Positions 48,655 through 58,215 of a stretch of 64,000 bases of DNA are shown piece after piece. Origin of the DNA: Candidatus Brocadiia bacterium (GTDB lineage Bacteria > Planctomycetota > Brocadiia > CAIUPP01); assembly GCA_050015075.1 (NCBI GenBank), contig JBEKCB010000025.1, positions 18,820 through 82,819 on the forward strand, written 5' to 3'. The position numbers and the translations under genes were made by a program. Each line of letters starts with the position of its first letter. The stretch's first letter is position 1. The notes under the pieces were generated by a model, which searched no databases, was not told where the DNA came from, and saw nothing but the letters and a program-made list of their open reading frames with translations.

Positions 48655-48693
48655 CTCACGCATTTCTCGCGCCAAGCTCACCGCGAGTTTACA
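48655..48693 (+). promoter_or_regulatory. Pho-box-like array upstream of phoB
   Basis: CTCAC/CTCGC/CTCAC/TTTAC at 48655, 48666, 48677, 48688 (11-bp period). Confidence 0.55.
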
Positions 48694-48769
48694 TTTTCCT
48701 GACGGAAGGCTAATGTATTCCCGGTAAAAGGGATGTTACGAGGCCGGTTTCGCCTCGAAGGAAGAGGCC

Positions 48770-49453
48770 ATGACCAACGAATCCATACTGGTCGTTGACG
48801 ACGAGAAGGACATCCTGGAACTGGTGACGTACAACCTGACCAAAGGCGGGTACAAGGTCACCGGCGTCACCAGCGCCGAGGAAGCGCTGAAGCTGGCGCG
48901 GTCGAAGCCGCCCGACCTGATCGTGCTCGACCTGATGCTGCCGGGCATGGACGGGCTCGAGGCGTGCAAAATCCTCAAGCGCGAGGACAAGACGGCGCAC
49001 ATCCCCATCGTCATGCTGACCGCGCGCGGCGAGGAGGCCGACGTGGTCACCGGCCTGGAGCTGGGCGCGGACGACTATATCACCAAGCCGTTCAGCCCGC
49101 GCGTTCTGCTCGCGCGGGTCAAGACCGTGCTGCGGCGCCGGGGGCAGGAGCCGATGGACGACAGCTCCACCGTCTCGGTGCGCGGCATCGTCATCCATCC
49201 GGGCCGGCACGAGGTGCTCGTCCACGGCAAGCGAGTCGAGCTGACGCATACCGAATTCCTGCTGCTGAACCTGCTCGCGCGCCGGCCCGGCTGGGTGTTC
49301 ACGCGCCAGCAGATGATTGACGCCGCGCGCGGACACACGGCGGTCACGGACCGGTCGGTGGACGTGCACATCGTCGGCCTGCGCAAGAAAATCGCGCCGT
49401 GCGGGAACTGCATCGAGACCGTGCGCGGTGTCGGCTATCGCTTCAAGGAGTAG
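48770..49453 (+). CDS. phoB: OmpR-family response regulator PhoB
   Basis: Receiver domain (LDLMLP, TKPF) plus wHTH (RSVDVHI, TVRGVGY); context with pst genes. Confidence 0.85.
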   Translation: MTNESILVVDDEKDILELVTYNLTKGGYKVTGVTSAEEALKLARSKPPDLIVLDLMLPGMDGLEACKILKREDKTAHIPIVMLTARGEEADVVTGLELGADDYITKPFSPRVLLARVKTVLRRRGQEPMDDSSTVSVRGIVIHPGRHEVLVHGKRVELTHTEFLLLNLLARRPGWVFTRQQMIDAARGHTAVTDRSVDVHIVGLRKKIAPCGNCIETVRGVGYRFKE

Positions 49454-49456
49454 CGG

Positions 49457-51268
49457 GTGCGACGGAAGCGGCTGCTCTGGCAACTGTATCCCTCCTACCT
49501 GCTCGTGATGGTTCTGTCCCTGCTGGTGGTCACGCTCTACGCCTCCGAGGCCACGCGCCGGTTCTTCCGCGAGCAGACCGAGCAGATCCTCGAATCCCGC
49601 GCGCGCGTCCTCGGCCGCGACATGGCCAACGGCCTGCTGCCCACCGCCCCGGCGAAGATAGACGCCTTCTGCAAAGAGGTGGGCCAGATCACCGACACGC
49701 GCATCACCGTGATCAGGCCGGACGGTGTGGTGCTCGGCGACACCGACTCGACTCCCGAGAGGATGGAAAACCACGCGGGCCGGCCCGAGATTCAACAAGC
49801 CCTCGCCAGCCCGGGCAGTGTCGGGCGCGCGGTCCGCGAGAGCCCGACCCTCGGCGTCACCACGATGTACGCGGCCATCGCCGCGCAGGACCCGCGCGGG
49901 AACCTGCTCGTCCTGCGCGCGGCCATGTCGCTGAGCCACATTGACCATGCGGTGCGCGACCTGCAGATCCAGATCGCCCTGGTGGGCGTGCTGATCGCCA
50001 TCGCGGCGGCCATCGTCTGCCTGGCCGTCTCGGGGCGCATCGCGCGGCCGATCGAGGAGATGAAACGCGGCGTGGAGCGCCTGGCCGCCGGCGAACTCGA
50101 CCACCGCCTGTACGTGCCGGCTTCCGCGGAGATCGGCAGCCTGGCGGTGGTGATCAACGAGATGGCCGCGCAGCTCGAGGACCGCATCCGGCTCATCACC
50201 GCGCAGCGCAACGAGCAGGAGGCCGTCTTCCTGAGCATGGTCGAGGGCGTGCTGGCCGTGGACATGGGCGAGCGCGTGCTGCGCATGAACCAGGCGGCCG
50301 GCGCGCTGCTCGGCGCCAGCCCCGCCGAAGCGCAGGGCAAGATGATCCAGGAAGTCGTCCGGAACCCGGAGCTTCAGAAGTTCGTCGCGCAGACGCTCGC
50401 GAGCGGAAAAACGCCGACGGAAAGCGAAATCCTCCTCCGCGAAGAGGGCGAGCGCTGGCTGCAGGCGCACGGCGCGGTGCTGCACGACGCGTCCGGCCGG
50501 CAGATGGGCGCGGTGGTGGTCCTGAACGACATGACGCGCATCCGCCGGCTCGAAAATTTCCGGCGCGATTTCGTGGCGAACGTTTCCCACGAGCTGCGCA
50601 CGCCGATCACCGCGATCAAGGGGTTCGTGGAGACGCTGCTCGACGGCGCGATGCGCGAGCCGGAGTCCGCCGAGAAATTCCTCGGCATCATCGCCCGCCA
50701 GGCGGACCGGCTCAACGCCATCATCAACGACCTGCTGCTCCTCTCGAAGCTCGAGCAGCAGGGCGAGCGAGGGACGGTCATGACCGAGACGGCCTCCATC
50801 CGCGCCGTGCTCGACGCGGCGATCGAGCTCTGCGCGTTCAAGGCCGACCGGAAAAACATCCCCATCCGGGTGCGCTGCGAGGAGACGCTCCGCGCGAAGG
50901 TCAACGTGCCGCTGCTCGAACAGGCGCTCGTCAACCTCGTGGACAACGCGGTGAAGTACAGCGAGCCGGGCAAGCCGGTGACGGTGGAAGCGGCGCTGCG
51001 CAACGGCTCGCTGGTCATCCAGGTCCGCGACGAGGGGCCCGGCATCGAGCGCGAGCATCTGCCGCGCATCTTCGAGCGGTTCTACCGCGTGGACAAGGGG
51101 CGCAGCCGCGACATGGGCGGCACCGGGCTGGGCCTCTCGATCGTCAAGCACATCGCCCAGGCCCACGGCGGCTCGGTGGCCGTGCAGAGCGAGCCGGGCA
51201 AGGGCAGCCTGTTCACCATCACCCTTCCGGCCCGGCCCCCCGAAAACGGATCCCCGGCCGCCGCGTAG
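49457..51268 (+). CDS. phoR: Sensor histidine kinase PhoR (HAMP-PAS-HisKA-HATPase)
   Basis: MENHAGRPE, DFVANVSHELRTP, FYRVDKGRSRDMGGTGLGL. Confidence 0.88.
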   Translation: MRRKRLLWQLYPSYLLVMVLSLLVVTLYASEATRRFFREQTEQILESRARVLGRDMANGLLPTAPAKIDAFCKEVGQITDTRITVIRPDGVVLGDTDSTPERMENHAGRPEIQQALASPGSVGRAVRESPTLGVTTMYAAIAAQDPRGNLLVLRAAMSLSHIDHAVRDLQIQIALVGVLIAIAAAIVCLAVSGRIARPIEEMKRGVERLAAGELDHRLYVPASAEIGSLAVVINEMAAQLEDRIRLITAQRNEQEAVFLSMVEGVLAVDMGERVLRMNQAAGALLGASPAEAQGKMIQEVVRNPELQKFVAQTLASGKTPTESEILLREEGERWLQAHGAVLHDASGRQMGAVVVLNDMTRIRRLENFRRDFVANVSHELRTPITAIKGFVETLLDGAMREPESAEKFLGIIARQADRLNAIINDLLLLSKLEQQGERGTVMTETASIRAVLDAAIELCAFKADRKNIPIRVRCEETLRAKVNVPLLEQALVNLVDNAVKYSEPGKPVTVEAALRNGSLVIQVRDEGPGIEREHLPRIFERFYRVDKGRSRDMGGTGLGLSIVKHIAQAHGGSVAVQSEPGKGSLFTITLPARPPENGSPAAA

Positions 51269-51288
51269 CCGGCCGCGCGACGGCGGCG

Positions 51289-52842
51289 CTACTGGGCGGC
51301 AGGCAATGCCGCGCCCGCGCGGGACGTGACCAATTCGATGGGCGGGCTGATGCCGGGCGCCGGCGGAGGCGTCTCGCCGCCGGGCATGGAGATTTCCCAC
51401 CCGCGTCCCAATGCCTTGTTGAGCGCCGCCCAGTCCACGAGCGCGGATTCCTGCGATGCCGCCGCCTGGTCCTGCAGTTCGTAGAGTTGCCGCTGGGCAT
51501 CCAGGACGTTGAGGAAATCGGCGAGCCCGTCGTTGTAACGCGCCGTGGCCAGCTCGGTGGCGCGCTGGCTCGCGCGGACGGCGGCCTGCAGCCGCTGGAA
51601 GCGATCCTGCTCGGACGCAAACTGCCCCAGCGAATCGTCCACGTCTTTGACGGCGAGCTGAACGGTTTCGCGATACGTCAGCAAGGCGCGCCGGGTGCGC
51701 CAGTCCTGGACCTGCTTGGCCGCCTCCAGCCGCCCGAAATCCAGAATCGGCCAACTGGCGCCGGGGCCTGCGGAGTAAATGTAGCGCTGGTCCCAGCCGA
51801 AGAAGGGCCGCCCTTCCGCTTGCACGCCCAGAGCGCCGCTGAGGGTGACGCGCGGGAAAAACGTGGCGACGGCGACGCCGATGCGGGCGGTCTCGGCGGC
51901 CAGTTGCCGCTCGGCCTGGCGGACGTCCGGCCGGTGGCGGAGCAGGTCCGACGGATTTTCCAAAGCGACCGCCGTGGGCGGCTGCGGCAGCGGTACGATG
52001 GGGCCCAGTTCGTCGTAAAGCGCCTGCGGATCGCCGCCGAGGAGCACGGCGATCTGGCGCTGCGTGTTGGCCACCTCGGCGGTCAGCGGCGGCACCACGG
52101 CCTGGGTCGTTTCGAGCTGGCGCTCCGCCAGGGCCACGTCGAGTTCGTTCGTCAGAAAGAGGGCCAAGCGGCGGCGCACCAGGTCCAGCGTGCGCTGCTG
52201 AAGGGTGACGTTCTGCCGGGCGATTTCCAGGCGGCGCTGCGTGCCCCGCAGGTGAACGTAGGCCCTGACGACGTCCGCAACCACGGTGAGCCGAACCAGG
52301 TTGCGGGCCTCGGCGGCGGCCTGGCTGTCGGCGTTGGCGGCTTCGACCGCGCGCCGCACGTGGCCGAAAAAGTCCAGTTCCCACGAGGCGTCAAAACCGG
52401 CCGCCTGGGTGATCTCTTTCACCCCGTGAGTGGTGTCGCTGGCGGCGTTCAAGGGAGAGTCCACGCGTCCGCGGGTGGCGTTGTTGCCGGAGGAGCGCGC
52501 CGCGGCCCCGCTGAGGCTAAGCGTCGGCCAAAGGTCCGCCGCCACGACGTACCGGAAACTCCGCGCCTCATTCAGCCGTGTCAGCGCGATGGCCAGGTCA
52601 TAATTGGCCTGCATGGCGCGTTCGACGAGCGAACCCAGTTCCGGGTCCGCAAGGGCGGTCCACCAGCGTTGCTCCTCCGCCGGTTGCGCCGCCGGCGGCG
52701 GGATGCCGGCGACGGCGCCGGCGTTAAAGCTCGCGGGCGTCTCGGATTGCGGCGGATGGTAATCGGGGCCGACGGCGCAGCCGGCAAAGCCCGCCAGGAC
52801 GCCGGCCAGCAGAGCGAGGGCAAATCGGCGCGGTTTCATCAT
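51289..52842 (-). CDS. RND outer membrane factor lipoprotein (NodT/OprM family)
   Basis: FAGCAVGPDY, SWELDFFG, RPDVRQAE, KALGRGW. Confidence 0.92.
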   Translation of the reverse strand: MMKPRRFALALLAGVLAGFAGCAVGPDYHPPQSETPASFNAGAVAGIPPPAAQPAEEQRWWTALADPELGSLVERAMQANYDLAIALTRLNEARSFRYVVAADLWPTLSLSGAAARSSGNNATRGRVDSPLNAASDTTHGVKEITQAAGFDASWELDFFGHVRRAVEAANADSQAAAEARNLVRLTVVADVVRAYVHLRGTQRRLEIARQNVTLQQRTLDLVRRRLALFLTNELDVALAERQLETTQAVVPPLTAEVANTQRQIAVLLGGDPQALYDELGPIVPLPQPPTAVALENPSDLLRHRPDVRQAERQLAAETARIGVAVATFFPRVTLSGALGVQAEGRPFFGWDQRYIYSAGPGASWPILDFGRLEAAKQVQDWRTRRALLTYRETVQLAVKDVDDSLGQFASEQDRFQRLQAAVRASQRATELATARYNDGLADFLNVLDAQRQLYELQDQAAASQESALVDWAALNKALGRGWEISMPGGETPPPAPGISPPIELVTSRAGAALPAAQ

Positions 52843-54215
52843 TCTCCTCCTCCGCCCATCACCGGGGCGGAACCGGCGGCCGTTTTTCCGGGCAGGTCGG
52901 CGACCATGGGCGCCACCTTCTGGCCGTCCGTGATTTGATTGCTGATGTTCAGGGCGACGTTCTCGCCGCTGGAAAGACCGTCCGAAACCTCGATGATGTC
53001 TCCCATGTCGCGGCCGATCTTAATGGGGCGGAAATGCACGCAACTGTCCGCGCCCACGACGGCGACGTGCGGTCCATCCACCAGGAGCAGGAGCGCACCG
53101 GCCGGGATTCGGACGGCGGGGTGGACATTCCGGCAGTGGAAAGTGACCTGGGCGTACATGCCCGGCACCAACGCGCCATCCGGGTTGGGCGCCAGCACTT
53201 CGACCCGCAGCGTGCCCGAGGCCGGATCAATCGCCTCGGCGGTGCGGTCCACCTGGCCCTGGAACACGCGGCCCGGGTACTCCGGCGCGGTCACCTCGGC
53301 CTGCAGGCCGGCGTGGATGCTCGCCCGCGCCACCTGGGGCACCTCCACGAAGACGCGCGCCGTCGCCGTGGTGCAGACGGTGAAAAGAGTGGTGTCGCCG
53401 GCGGTGCTGCCGGCGGTGACCAGGTCGCCGATGTCCACGAGCCGCCGGGTGACGACGCCGTCGAAAGGCGCCACGACCTGTTTGAAGCCGACCAGGTCCT
53501 CGAGCCGGCGGACTTCCGCCTCGCCCAGCGCCACCTGGGCCTTGGCCGCTTCCACCTTGGCCAGACTGACGTCCAGGTCCGATTTCTTCTCGTCGGCCTC
53601 TTGTCGCGACACGATGCCTTCGGGCGCGGCGGCCGCAAACCGCCCGTGGGTGATCCGCGCGAAATCGGCCGCGGCCTCGGCCAGCTTCACGTCGGCCTTC
53701 AGTGACACGAGCCTGGCCTGGGCGACCCGGAGTTCCTCGTCGAGGTCCGGCGTGTCAATGGAAGCGAGGACGTCGCCGGCCTTCACGTGGTCGCCGATAT
53801 CGAAATTCCAAATCCGGACGTAGCCGTTCACCCGGGCGAAAAGCTTGGCTTCATAAAAGGCGCGGCATTCGCCCGGCAGCGTGAGCGGGCTCTCCGGGTT
53901 GCCGGCCTCGACCTGGGCGAGGCGGACGACGGGCGGCTGTTCGAGTTCCTGCTGAACGCCCTCCGCCAGCGCCGCCCGGGCCTGATTCTTCAGGTGAGAG
54001 CGGACCCTCTGGGCGATGATCAGCCCGGCGGCCACGACCAGGACCGCCAGCACGACGATCAGGCCGGTCCGATGGTGGAAGTGCACCGGGACGGGGACGT
54101 GCGAGGCCTCCGGATGCGGCGCTGCGCCGGGCGGACCGGCGGGCGCGGCGGGCGCGGGATTCGGCGCGCCGGCCGAATCGGAAAGAGATTTTGGTTTCGG
54201 ATCGGGTTTGTTCAT
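52839..54215 (-). CDS. RND periplasmic adaptor subunit
   Basis: ARVNGY, APFDGVVT, PGMYA. Confidence 0.92.
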   Translation of the reverse strand: MNKPDPKPKSLSDSAGAPNPAPAAPAGPPGAAPHPEASHVPVPVHFHHRTGLIVVLAVLVVAAGLIIAQRVRSHLKNQARAALAEGVQQELEQPPVVRLAQVEAGNPESPLTLPGECRAFYEAKLFARVNGYVRIWNFDIGDHVKAGDVLASIDTPDLDEELRVAQARLVSLKADVKLAEAAADFARITHGRFAAAAPEGIVSRQEADEKKSDLDVSLAKVEAAKAQVALGEAEVRRLEDLVGFKQVVAPFDGVVTRRLVDIGDLVTAGSTAGDTTLFTVCTTATARVFVEVPQVARASIHAGLQAEVTAPEYPGRVFQGQVDRTAEAIDPASGTLRVEVLAPNPDGALVPGMYAQVTFHCRNVHPAVRIPAGALLLLVDGPHVAVVGADSCVHFRPIKIGRDMGDIIEVSDGLSSGENVALNISNQITDGQKVAPMVADLPGKTAAGSAPVMGGGGE

Positions 54216-57200
54216 AGTCCGCTTCCTTCACTCGGTGGATCGTTCTGCGGGGAACCATGCAGCAGCCGGAAAACCGACGGCACAAAAATCAAGGTGGCAA
54301 AGGTGGCGAAGAGCAAGCCGCCGATGACGGCGCGCGCGAGCGGGGCGTTCTGCTCGCCGCCCTCTCCGATGCCCAACGACATCGGGATCATCCCGAGGAT
54401 CATGGCGCCGGCGGTCATGAGGACCGGGCGGATTCTCGTATAGCCTGCGGCGACCGCCGCCGTAACCGAGTCGTCGCCGGCGGCCAGTCGCTGGCGGGCG
54501 AAGACTACGACCAGGATGCTGTTGGCGGTGGTCAGGCCGATGCACATCAGCGTCCCCATGAGGGCCGGAACGCTCAAGTGGGTGCGCGTGAGGTAGAGCA
54601 TCCACGCGACGCCGGCCAGCGCGCAGGGGACGGCCATCAGCACGATCAGCGGATCGAGCCAACTCTGGAAGTTGATCACCATCAGCAGGTAGACCAGCAC
54701 AATGGCGAAAGCCATGCCGCCGGCGATCCCGGCAAAACTGACGCGCATCGTCTCCACCTGGCCGGCCAGCGAGACCTTGATGCCGGACCCTTCGGGCGGC
54801 CGATCGGCATTGAGCACGCGGTCAATGTCCGCCGCCGCGCCGGACAGGTCGCGCGCCTCGACGTCGGCGTTCACGTCGAAGACGGGGATGATGTTGGCCT
54901 CGGAAATCAGCATGGGCACCTGCGTCCGCGACACGTCGGCGACATTCATGAGCATCTGGTCGCCGCGAGCGCCTCCGGTCAGCGGCAGCCGCTGCACGTC
55001 CGCCACGGAGGTGACCTTGTATTGCGGAGTCTGCACGACGAGCAGGTAGCTGATCTGGTTGCGGGGATTGATCCAGAAGTTGGGCAACACGACCGCGCTG
55101 GAACTGAGCGACAGGAGGACGTTGCGCGCCACGTCGCCCTGGGTCATATCGGTCTGCTGGGCCATGACGCGATCCACGGAGATGCCGAGGGCGGGCGCGG
55201 CGGGGACCTGGAACAGGTGCACGTCCACCACGCCGGGGATGCGGCGCAAATCGCGCTCGATCTTCCGGGCCACCTCAAGGTCGGCGGCTTCTTTGGCGCC
55301 CTGCACGCGGATGTCAATCGGCGAAGGTTGTCCGAAGTTGAGGACCTGCTTGATGATGTCCGCCGGCTGGAAGAAGAACTGCATTTCCGGGAAACGCTTC
55401 GGCAGCTCGCGCCGCAGCGCGGCCATGTGTTCGGCGGTGGGCCGGTGCTTTTCCTTGAGCGAGATGAGGATCTCGCCGTCCATCGGCCCTGCGGTGGCCG
55501 TGTCGCTCAGGGCGATATTGATGCCGCTGTACGGCAGGCCGATGTTGTCCAGGAGTACGTCCACCTCGTCGCGGCCGACGATCTCACGAATGGCGCCCTC
55601 GACTCTCGCGAACAACTGCTGGGTTTTTTCCAGGCGCGTGCCGTCGGGCGCGCGCACGTGCAGCCGCATCTGCCCCGCGTCCACCGTCGGGAAGAAATCC
55701 ATCCCGATGCGCGGGAACAGAAGGCAGGAAAGGCCTGCCGCGCCGACGAACAGCAGCGCACAGGCAACCGGGTGATGCACGCTCCAGGCCAGGTAGTGGC
55801 GGTATCCGCCGCGGAACGCAACGAAATGCCGGTTGAACGCATGGTCCGACGGCACGTAGGAGTTCGACGGCGCCTGGAGACCGAGGGCTTCTGCGCCGGG
55901 GCCGCGGCCGGGATGAGCATGAGCGACGGCCGCATGCTGCACGTCGTGCCCGCGCGCGTACTTTTTCATCAGGATCTTGAAGAGCAGGGGCACGAGTGTG
56001 AAGGAGATCAGCAGGCTGGCCAGGAGCGCGGTGACGACCGACACGGCCAGCGGCGAGAAAAGGTACTTGGAGGTGCCCTGCAGGAGGAAGATCGGAAAGA
56101 ACACGATGCAGATCGCCAACGTCGAGACCATCGTGGGGAAGCCGACTTCATGCGCGCCCCGGACGATGGAATCCTCCAAATCGTTTTTCAGACTAAGGTG
56201 GCGTTCGACGTTCTCGATCACGACGGTGGCGTTATCCACCAGAATGCCCACGGCGAGGGCGAAGCCGCCCAACGTCATCACGTTGAACGTTTCTCCGATG
56301 GCATACATGACGATGACGGCCGCGAGCATCGAGAGCGGGAGCGAGACGAGGATGATCGAGGTGAGCCGCCAGTTGCCGAGGAAGAGCAGGATCATCAGGC
56401 CGGTGAGCACCGCGGCCATCAGGCCGCCCATCTCCACGCTGCGCAGCGCCGCCTTGACGAACACCGCCTGGTTGAAGATGGGCTTGATCGTCATCCCCTC
56501 AGGCAGCAACAGGCGGACGTCGGGCAAGGCCGCCAGGACGTCGTCAATGATTCTCAGCGTCGAGACTCCGCCGGTTTTCCGGATGATCATCAGGCTGCCG
56601 GCCACGCCGTTCACGCTGACCGAATTGGTCTGAACCTGGTAGCCGTTGTGGACGTGGGCCACGTCGCGGAGGAACACCATGGCGCCGCCGACCCGCTTGA
56701 CCGGGAAGTCGTTCATCGCCTCGATTGCGTCGGTGCTGTTGTTCAACTGGATCGCGTACTCGATGTCGCCGATCTTGGCCGTGCCGGTCGGCAGAATCAG
56801 GTTCTGGTCGAGCAGCGCCTGGGTGACGTCGTTCGGGGTCAGGTTTTTGGCGCGAAGCGCGTCATTGTCCAGGTCCGCCATGATCAAGCGCGGCTTGCCG
56901 CCGTAGGGGAACGGCACCTGCGCGCCCTGGACCGTGGCCAGGTACGGGCGAATCACGTTCTGCCCGTAATCGTTGAGCTTGACGTCCGGGAGCGTATCGC
57001 TGGCCAGGCTCAACTGGATGATCGGCACGTCCGTGGCGCTGTAGCGGACGACCAGCGGCGGGGTGATGTTGCGCGGCATGTACTTGAGCACGGTCAGGGC
57101 GCTGCTGGTGATCTGCGAGACGGCGGCGCTGATGCTGGCGCCTTCGTGCAGATAGACCTTGATCACGCCCACGCCGTTGTAACTGTTCGACTCGATGCGC

Positions 57201-57436
57201 GCGATGTCGTCCACCAGCGAGGCCAATTGGCGCTCGTGCTGGTCTATGATGCGGGCCTGGATTTCCCGCGCGACCATGCCGTTGTAGGACCAGACCACGC
57301 TGACGACGGGGATGTTGATTTCAGGGAAAATATCCGTGGGCGTCCGCCGCGCGGAGAAGACGCCGAACAGGCACACCAAGGCCGTCATGGCCGCAATGGT
57401 GTACGGCCGGCGCAGTGCGAATTTGGCGAGCCACAT
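54212..57436 (-). CDS. RND efflux permease
   Basis: DIFPEINIP, AVGILVDNATVVIEN, TRIRPVLMTA, PLARAVIGG. Confidence 0.95.
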   Translation of the reverse strand: MWLAKFALRRPYTIAAMTALVCLFGVFSARRTPTDIFPEINIPVVSVVWSYNGMVAREIQARIIDQHERQLASLVDDIARIESNSYNGVGVIKVYLHEGASISAAVSQITSSALTVLKYMPRNITPPLVVRYSATDVPIIQLSLASDTLPDVKLNDYGQNVIRPYLATVQGAQVPFPYGGKPRLIMADLDNDALRAKNLTPNDVTQALLDQNLILPTGTAKIGDIEYAIQLNNSTDAIEAMNDFPVKRVGGAMVFLRDVAHVHNGYQVQTNSVSVNGVAGSLMIIRKTGGVSTLRIIDDVLAALPDVRLLLPEGMTIKPIFNQAVFVKAALRSVEMGGLMAAVLTGLMILLFLGNWRLTSIILVSLPLSMLAAVIVMYAIGETFNVMTLGGFALAVGILVDNATVVIENVERHLSLKNDLEDSIVRGAHEVGFPTMVSTLAICIVFFPIFLLQGTSKYLFSPLAVSVVTALLASLLISFTLVPLLFKILMKKYARGHDVQHAAVAHAHPGRGPGAEALGLQAPSNSYVPSDHAFNRHFVAFRGGYRHYLAWSVHHPVACALLFVGAAGLSCLLFPRIGMDFFPTVDAGQMRLHVRAPDGTRLEKTQQLFARVEGAIREIVGRDEVDVLLDNIGLPYSGINIALSDTATAGPMDGEILISLKEKHRPTAEHMAALRRELPKRFPEMQFFFQPADIIKQVLNFGQPSPIDIRVQGAKEAADLEVARKIERDLRRIPGVVDVHLFQVPAAPALGISVDRVMAQQTDMTQGDVARNVLLSLSSSAVVLPNFWINPRNQISYLLVVQTPQYKVTSVADVQRLPLTGGARGDQMLMNVADVSRTQVPMLISEANIIPVFDVNADVEARDLSGAAADIDRVLNADRPPEGSGIKVSLAGQVETMRVSFAGIAGGMAFAIVLVYLLMVINFQSWLDPLIVLMAVPCALAGVAWMLYLTRTHLSVPALMGTLMCIGLTTANSILVVVFARQRLAAGDDSVTAAVAAGYTRIRPVLMTAGAMILGMIPMSLGIGEGGEQNAPLARAVIGGLLFATFATLIFVPSVFRLLHGSPQNDPPSEGSGL

Positions 57437-57547
57437 AGGGTTGTACCGATTAATGGGGCCTAATGAAACGTGAGCAGCACACGGTCAGTCTGTGGATAGA
57501 TTCCGGCCGGGCTTGCAGCGGCCGGCAGCGCCGCCGAAAGGCGGCTT

Positions 57548-57913
57548 CTAGCGAAGGAGTCTGGGAGGAGGAGCTTCCGGCGCCGCGACCGGTGAAGTGA
57601 TTGAAGCCGGCGCGACGGTGAGGAGCGGCAGTTGGACGTGAATCGCGGCGGTGGGCGGCGGAACGAACATGAGGCTGGGATAGTGTCCGTGCCGGGCGGG
57701 AGAGAAAAATGGCGTGGAGGTTGCGCACGCGGGCGCGGCGCCTGTGGCGTCGGCCCAGGCCGAAAAGCTGAAAGCTCGCGCGCCGGAAGCCGTGTCCGGC
57801 GCAGCCGGTTTGCCCGCTGCATACCCCGCCCCAACAGCCGTACACAGAAGCGCCGCCGCCAGCGCCAGGACGGCTGCTTCGGGAAGGTGAGCGAAAGATA
57901 AAACCCGACTCAT
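57548..57913 (-). CDS. Small leader-like ORF upstream of the RND operon
   Basis: N-terminal hydrophobic segment, Pro-rich C-terminus ending PEAPPPRLLR. Confidence 0.4.
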   Translation of the reverse strand: MSRVLSFAHLPEAAVLALAAALLCTAVGAGYAAGKPAAPDTASGARAFSFSAWADATGAAPACATSTPFFSPARHGHYPSLMFVPPPTAAIHVQLPLLTVAPASITSPVAAPEAPPPRLLR

Positions 57914-58090
57914 CCGATGCACGGATAACACCCTCTCGCGCCGGCAGCGCGTAAACTTTCCACTTGCCGGCGGAAACCGCCCCGCTTCAACAATTCTATC
58001 ACGCTCTGCTCCACCTGTAAAGCGTCTTCCCCCCGAAATCGCAATTCTCGCCGCCATTCCGCTCCGTCCGAACGCGGGCCTGGCGCGTTC

Positions 58091-58150
58091 TTAGCGAAGT
58101 TCTAATCGTCATCTCGCGCTCATTTAGCGGGCGGCTCACGCCGGCCTAAC
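58091..58150 (+). promoter_or_regulatory. Pho-box-like array upstream of the porin gene
   Basis: TTAGC, CTAAT, CTCGC, TTAGC, CTCAC, CTAAC at 58091, 58102, 58113, 58124, 58135, 58146 (11-bp period). Confidence 0.55.
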
Positions 58151-58215
58151 GGCCTCTCTTTAGATTATGCCGACCATGCGGCACGTGTCCATTTATTTCA
58201 GTGGAGGGTCGGCTG

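Noticed and set aside
48710-57463. Very long alternative ORFs (48710-52384 -, 54257-57463 +; likewise 45804-48494, 22141-24630, 15111-17108)
   Set aside because: Antisense or shadow frames of well-supported genes in high-GC DNA, with Arg/Ala/Gly-rich composition and no motifs.
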